NCBI GenBank assembly: GCA_049599895.1
Contig: JBMYPC010000048.1
Location: 1-20,993, forward strand
Direction of reading: 5' to 3'
DNA: 20,993 nt
DNA from: Bacteriovoracaceae bacterium
Lineage (GTDB): Bacteria > Bdellovibrionota > Bacteriovoracia > Bacteriovoracales > Bacteriovoracaceae
The stretch's first letter is position 1. Each line of letters starts with the position of its first letter. The notes under the pieces are model-generated. The model was not told where the DNA came from. It saw nothing but the letters and a program-made list of their open reading frames with translations, and searched no databases. This document shows, one piece after another, positions 17,582-20,993 of the stretch. Made by a program: the position numbers and the translations under genes.

Positions 17582-17610
17582 CTCGAAAAAGTTTTGATTT
17601 CAGCTATAGT
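17582..17610 (+). promoter_or_regulatory. Putative sigma70-type promoter in the intergenic gap
   Basis: -10 TATAGT at 17605-17610, a 17-bp spacer and a weak -35 CTCGAA at 17582-17587; predicted +1 is A17617. Confidence 0.45.
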
Positions 17611-17660
17611 CACGTCATCAAAAGGCATTACTCGCCATTTGAAATTGAGGCAAACCATTG

Positions 17661-17729
17661 ATGGAGCCTGAACACATTATTGAAAGTTTTTTTAATCTGA
17701 ATATCTTGAAAAACAGATTTATGGGTTAA
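17661..17729 (+). CDS. Possible 22-aa small protein MEPEHIIESFFNLNILKNRFMG
   Basis: ATG 17661 to TAA 17729, with GAGG at 17647-17650 (10-nt spacing). Too short to establish from sequence alone. Confidence 0.25.
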   Translation: MEPEHIIESFFNLNILKNRFMG

Positions 17730-17749
17730 AAAGTAACCAACCGAGATTT

Positions 17750-17781
17750 AAGCCGTGGAGAATTCTGCGGCTTTTCTTTTT
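17750..17781 (+). terminator. Rho-independent terminator
   Basis: AAGCCGTGGA-GAAT-TCTGCGGCTT forms a 10-bp stem with two G:U pairs, followed by TTCTTTTT. The G:U pairs and the U-tract both favour the + strand. Confidence 0.8.
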
Positions 17782-17804
17782 GAATCCTTATAAATCAGAA
17801 AAAA

Positions 17805-18599
17805 CTATTGAATGAAAAGGTCTCTTGGCTTGATGACATACTCTGTCCCGCAGTATTCGCAATTGACTGAAACTGAGGGGTCATCTTTAAAGAGTTCATC
17901 TGGTGTAAGGTTTTGCATTCCCCTTAAAGTTCTTACAACTTTTTCATGACTGCACCTGCAGTTAAATTCCAACGGATGGGTAAGAAGAAGTTGAAAGTTC
18001 TTAAGTTCGTTTTTGATCTTTTCGGCATCAGAGCTTCTTAAAAGATCGAGGGTCCCAATAAGTTCCTCTGAAGTGTATTCAATGTCGTTAACGGAGACTT
18101 TTGAATTGGGAAGTTCACTGAAGAAGTAGCAAACTGTTCCTGAGATAATTGGCCTCGACTTTACTTGAAACGATTGATCCAAAAGATTGGAAATCACTTC
18201 AGTAAAATCCACATGATCGAGATGAACTATTGACGTATAAGGCTGTTTCTCATTGGGTTGAAATTTAACAAGGCGACAAATACCCTGAAAGGTATGTTCA
18301 TCATCACGTGGTTCACGACCGATCGTTCTTAAACGAATTTCTCCGTTGGCCTGATATTCGATATTAAGCCCGTATTCACCATTGGCCTCCTTTAGATAAA
18401 GGCCAAAACCTTCGTTATTTTTCAAAAAAGAGGCAATGGAAAGGGACGAGATGATGATCGGGGAAAAGAGCGTGAGTGAGCGAAGAGAGATATTAGGAAG
18501 TTGGCTTATCTCTTTTAAGAGATCCTCGCCATCGAAAATGCTCAGGCTTAGCTGGTTATCATCTGTAAGAAGTCTATAAATTGTGCTCTTTTTGTTCAT
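17805..18599 (-). CDS. hslO: Hsp33 family redox-regulated chaperone
   Basis: C-terminal zinc-switch motif FNCRCSHEKV...VNCEYCGTEY (CxC...CxxC), plus PYTSIV and DQSFQ (QSEQ-like). Compact and divergent at 264 aa. Confidence 0.85.
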   Translation of the reverse strand: MNKKSTIYRLLTDDNQLSLSIFDGEDLLKEISQLPNISLRSLTLFSPIIISSLSIASFLKNNEGFGLYLKEANGEYGLNIEYQANGEIRLRTIGREPRDDEHTFQGICRLVKFQPNEKQPYTSIVHLDHVDFTEVISNLLDQSFQVKSRPIISGTVCYFFSELPNSKVSVNDIEYTSEELIGTLDLLRSSDAEKIKNELKNFQLLLTHPLEFNCRCSHEKVVRTLRGMQNLTPDELFKDDPSVSVNCEYCGTEYVIKPRDLFIQ

Positions 18600-18643
18600 G
18601 ATGTATGGTTATCAGGTTCTTATTAAGTGAACCAAGTCGCAAT

Positions 18644-20993
18644 ATGTTAAATGTCAAATACTATGCTACTTCCAATGAATTGCAAAGAGAGATTAACTCC
18701 CTTTTAGGGCGAGGTCTCGTCATTATATGCCCAAATCCAGCTATTGCTGATGAAGTTCGTAGTATTTATCCCACAGCGCAAGTTTCAACTATCAATGAGT
18801 TTTATTCAAAAGAATGGCGCGAGATTCATCCTGATAAAAAAATTGTGAATAAGTCGGAATATTATTTTGAACTTTGGTCAGAGTGGAGAAAAGAGGTTCA
18901 GGTTTCGAACCTTGATTACTTTTTCAAATGCCTAAAGATCGTCACTGAACTTAGAGGCTATTCACCTAGCTCTTTTTTAGTAAAGGAGATTATCGAAGAG
19001 CAGGTTAAAACTGATCCCTTTTTTAATGGGGTTAATTATCTTTTAAATTATTTCGAAGAAAAAGAAATCTCTGATGAAAACCTTCTCTACGCAGAAGTGG
19101 CCAACCATTTTGAAGGGAGGCATTTAGGGGAAGCTAAAGAAATTGTCTTTTGGGGATTTCAAATTCTTAATGGAAATCAAGTTGACTCAATTTTTAGAAT
19201 CTCTGAAAAAATTAATGTCTCTTTTTTCTTTCCAGATTTCATTAAGACTCACCTGGTAAGCACCGATTGGATTAGTTGGCTTGAAGGCATGGGAGGTGAA
19301 CTCAAAGACCATGGGAAAGAAGAATTTACTTTTCCCTCTCATCCTCGTATTGAAATTGATATCCAAGAAAAAGAATCTCTTTCTTGGGAGCTTCAAGAAT
19401 ATAGTTCAGGAATTATCCTCGATTGGAATAACCAGCACGATAATATCTATTCAGCGGTACGCAGAGATGATTGCCAAGGAAAAATAAAGTTATCTCCCAA
19501 TGAATATTATCTTGAAACACTTATTCGAGAAGTAGAATTAGGGCTTGAAGACTTTCGTTTTGAAGCCAAAAGCTATTTTGAGAATAAACGCCAATCACTT
19601 TTCAATAATCGATTGCGAGGAGCTTGGCTTGACTTCAAAGTTTATGAGTTATTTGAAAAAACCATGAAAAGTTTTTTTGAATATCGAACTGAAGAAGAAT
19701 TTGATCGCAATGATTTACTGATTATAAAAGAAAAAATCTTACTCGATCTCCCAAGGATCTCTTTAGTTCCAGGTAATGTTGAGAATCGCCAAATTATTTT
19801 AAAAAACTTTTCACAACTTAATCTTCTTTCAGAATCAGAGAAAATAAAAATTCTCATAATGGATTTTGCTGAAGGAAGTGGAAGTCTTTTGGATGAATCA
19901 CTTTTAGTAAACCTTTCAAGCATTGGACCCTTACCGAATTTTGATCTTGTTAATAAATTAAAAGTGGGAATGCTTTTGGCCTCATCTGATTATGATCAAG
20001 CGAAGATTATTATTGAGCCGCATGTATTTGAAAAAACATCACTGTTTGATAACTTTCGTGAAGTTCTTAAAAGTCAAAAACAAGGCTTGGATGAGCAAGT
20101 TTATCCATTAAAAACCAATATAATCAATGAAGAGCTCTTTGAGCATGAATTGGATAAGTCTTTTAAATTTTCACCAAGTCGAATTCAAACTTATCTAAAC
20201 TGTCCAAGAAAGTATAAGTTTCAATATATTGAGCGAGTGCCAGAGGTCGGTGATTCTCCCTTTGAGTTCTCTGCTAGAGAAGAAGGTGAGATTGTTCATA
20301 AGATTATTGAGTTTTATTTTAAGGATCAAGAGGATCGCTCCTTAGAAGCGATTGTGGTTGATCATTTTGAGAGTTATTTAAAGACTTCTCAGAAGTCCAT
20401 TGATGATCTTCTCTATAAAGAAGTTCTCTTGAAAAAGCTTTTGGAATTATGTTTTAATGGAATTGAGGTTCTTGAGAAAATAAAAGAACTTAAGCCTGAA
20501 AGTGAATTTTCTTTTGAAAAAGATGTTGATTCTCCACACTACCGAGGAAGAATTGATTGTTTGCTCACCATTGGTGACGAGTTCGTGATTCTTGATTTTA
20601 AACGTTCTGAAGCAAGTATTCCTTCTTTAAAAGAAATTAAGGAGGGAAAATCTGCCCAAATACCAATTTATGGAACTCATCAAATACAGGGAAAGACTTT
20701 CGTGGGGGGAGGGTATATCTGTCTTCGTGATACGGAGAGATCACTTTTCGTCGTTGAATCAGAAAGAATGCAAAATCTTTTCTCGAATCTCTCCTTAGTA
20801 GGATCTCGCCGGATTCAAAAGGTCCTTTCTGATGACTTTGAGTTTATGCAGACCGAAATTCAAGACTCAATATTAGATCTTAGTAAAGATCAATTATTTG
20901 AAGCAAGGCCCTTAGCTCCAAAGGTCTGTGCCTATTGTTCATATTATAGTTTGTGTGATCGAGTTGAAAAAAATGAAAAAGGGGAGAGTTGTG
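18644..20993 (+). CDS. addB: AddB/RexB-like subunit: degenerate helicase-like N-terminus and Fe-S PD-(D/E)XK nuclease; runs off the right edge
   Basis: Absent from the ORF track; hand-translated as open from ATG 18644 to the window end (783 codons, no stop). Contains FSPSRIQTYLNCPRKY, GEIVH, YRGRID, ILDFK, QIPIY and CAYCSYYSLC, i.e. a RecB-family nuclease with a four-Cys iron staple. Confidence 0.85.
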   Translation, partial: MLNVKYYATSNELQREINSLLGRGLVIICPNPAIADEVRSIYPTAQVSTINEFYSKEWREIHPDKKIVNKSEYYFELWSEWRKEVQVSNLDYFFKCLKIVTELRGYSPSSFLVKEIIEEQVKTDPFFNGVNYLLNYFEEKEISDENLLYAEVANHFEGRHLGEAKEIVFWGFQILNGNQVDSIFRISEKINVSFFFPDFIKTHLVSTDWISWLEGMGGELKDHGKEEFTFPSHPRIEIDIQEKESLSWELQEYSSGIILDWNNQHDNIYSAVRRDDCQGKIKLSPNEYYLETLIREVELGLEDFRFEAKSYFENKRQSLFNNRLRGAWLDFKVYELFEKTMKSFFEYRTEEEFDRNDLLIIKEKILLDLPRISLVPGNVENRQIILKNFSQLNLLSESEKIKILIMDFAEGSGSLLDESLLVNLSSIGPLPNFDLVNKLKVGMLLASSDYDQAKIIIEPHVFEKTSLFDNFREVLKSQKQGLDEQVYPLKTNIINEELFEHELDKSFKFSPSRIQTYLNCPRKYKFQYIERVPEVGDSPFEFSAREEGEIVHKIIEFYFKDQEDRSLEAIVVDHFESYLKTSQKSIDDLLYKEVLLKKLLELCFNGIEVLEKIKELKPESEFSFEKDVDSPHYRGRIDCLLTIGDEFVILDFKRSEASIPSLKEIKEGKSAQIPIYGTHQIQGKTFVGGGYICLRDTERSLFVVESERMQNLFSNLSLVGSRRIQKVLSDDFEFMQTEIQDSILDLSKDQLFEARPLAPKVCAYCSYYSLCDRVEKNEKGESC

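Larger units (their letters stand above)
17617..17781 (+). ncRNA. Candidate structured small RNA or small-ORF transcript (~165 nt)
   Basis: Bounded by the promoter and terminator; contains hairpins at 17618-17642, 17648-17669, 17694-17719, 17724-17738 and 17750-17773. I recognise no known family. Confidence 0.5.

Noticed and set aside
17570..17665. Possible sigma54 -24/-12 promoter in the intergenic gap
   Set aside because: None of the GG...GC pairs has the required 10-nt spacing; for example, minus-strand TGGCGAGTAATGC has 8.
17648..17673. GGCAAACCAT...ATGG-AGCCTGAAC resembles the 5' part of a c-di-GMP-I (GEMM) riboswitch
   Set aside because: It lacks the GNRA tetraloop, the GACGCAAAGC junction and the P3/P1 elements, so it is not a canonical riboswitch. 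A cmsearch with the c-di-GMP-I model would settle it.
19187..19923. ORF-track entries 19187-19396, 19281-19487 and 19642-19923
   Set aside because: They are shadows of the long AddB-like frame at 18644 to the window end.
20161..20960. Cas4 or defence-system nuclease interpretation of the four-Cys PD-(D/E)XK domain
   Set aside because: It is fused behind a ~500-aa AddB-like N-terminus in a housekeeping context with no cas or defence genes, so AddB is the simpler reading.

Overview
A gene-dense, AT-rich bacterial chromosomal window using the standard genetic code. Its gene content (compact AddB, degenerate HD-GYP, many Cys-rich secreted hypotheticals) is reminiscent of Bdellovibrionota/Bacteriovoracia; that assignment is an inference. 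From left to right it holds: a fumarylacetoacetate-hydrolase-family gene cut by the left edge and a HisC-family aminotransferase (-); an overlapping operon of DUF309, EI24/CysZ-like, degenerate GT9-like and YheT-type hydrolase genes (+); valS and hisS (-); a degenerate HD-GYP protein (+); four exported hypothetical proteins lying downstream of a FadF-like membrane Fe-S/CCG oxidoreductase (-); a lipoprotein resembling an alkaline phosphatase stripped of its metal ligands (+); a 352-bp intergenic gap; Hsp33 (-); and an AddB-like Fe-S PD-(D/E)XK nuclease cut by the right edge (+). The ORF track misses both edge genes. I found no rRNA, tRNA, CRISPR array or mobile element. The best leads are (i) an unannotated ~165-nt multi-hairpin transcript at ~17617-17781 with its own promoter, terminator and a 22-codon sORF whose start is hairpin-occluded, (ii) the FadF-linked cassette of exported unknown proteins, and (iii) several apparent pseudoenzymes. 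All of these are candidates read by eye, not established systems.
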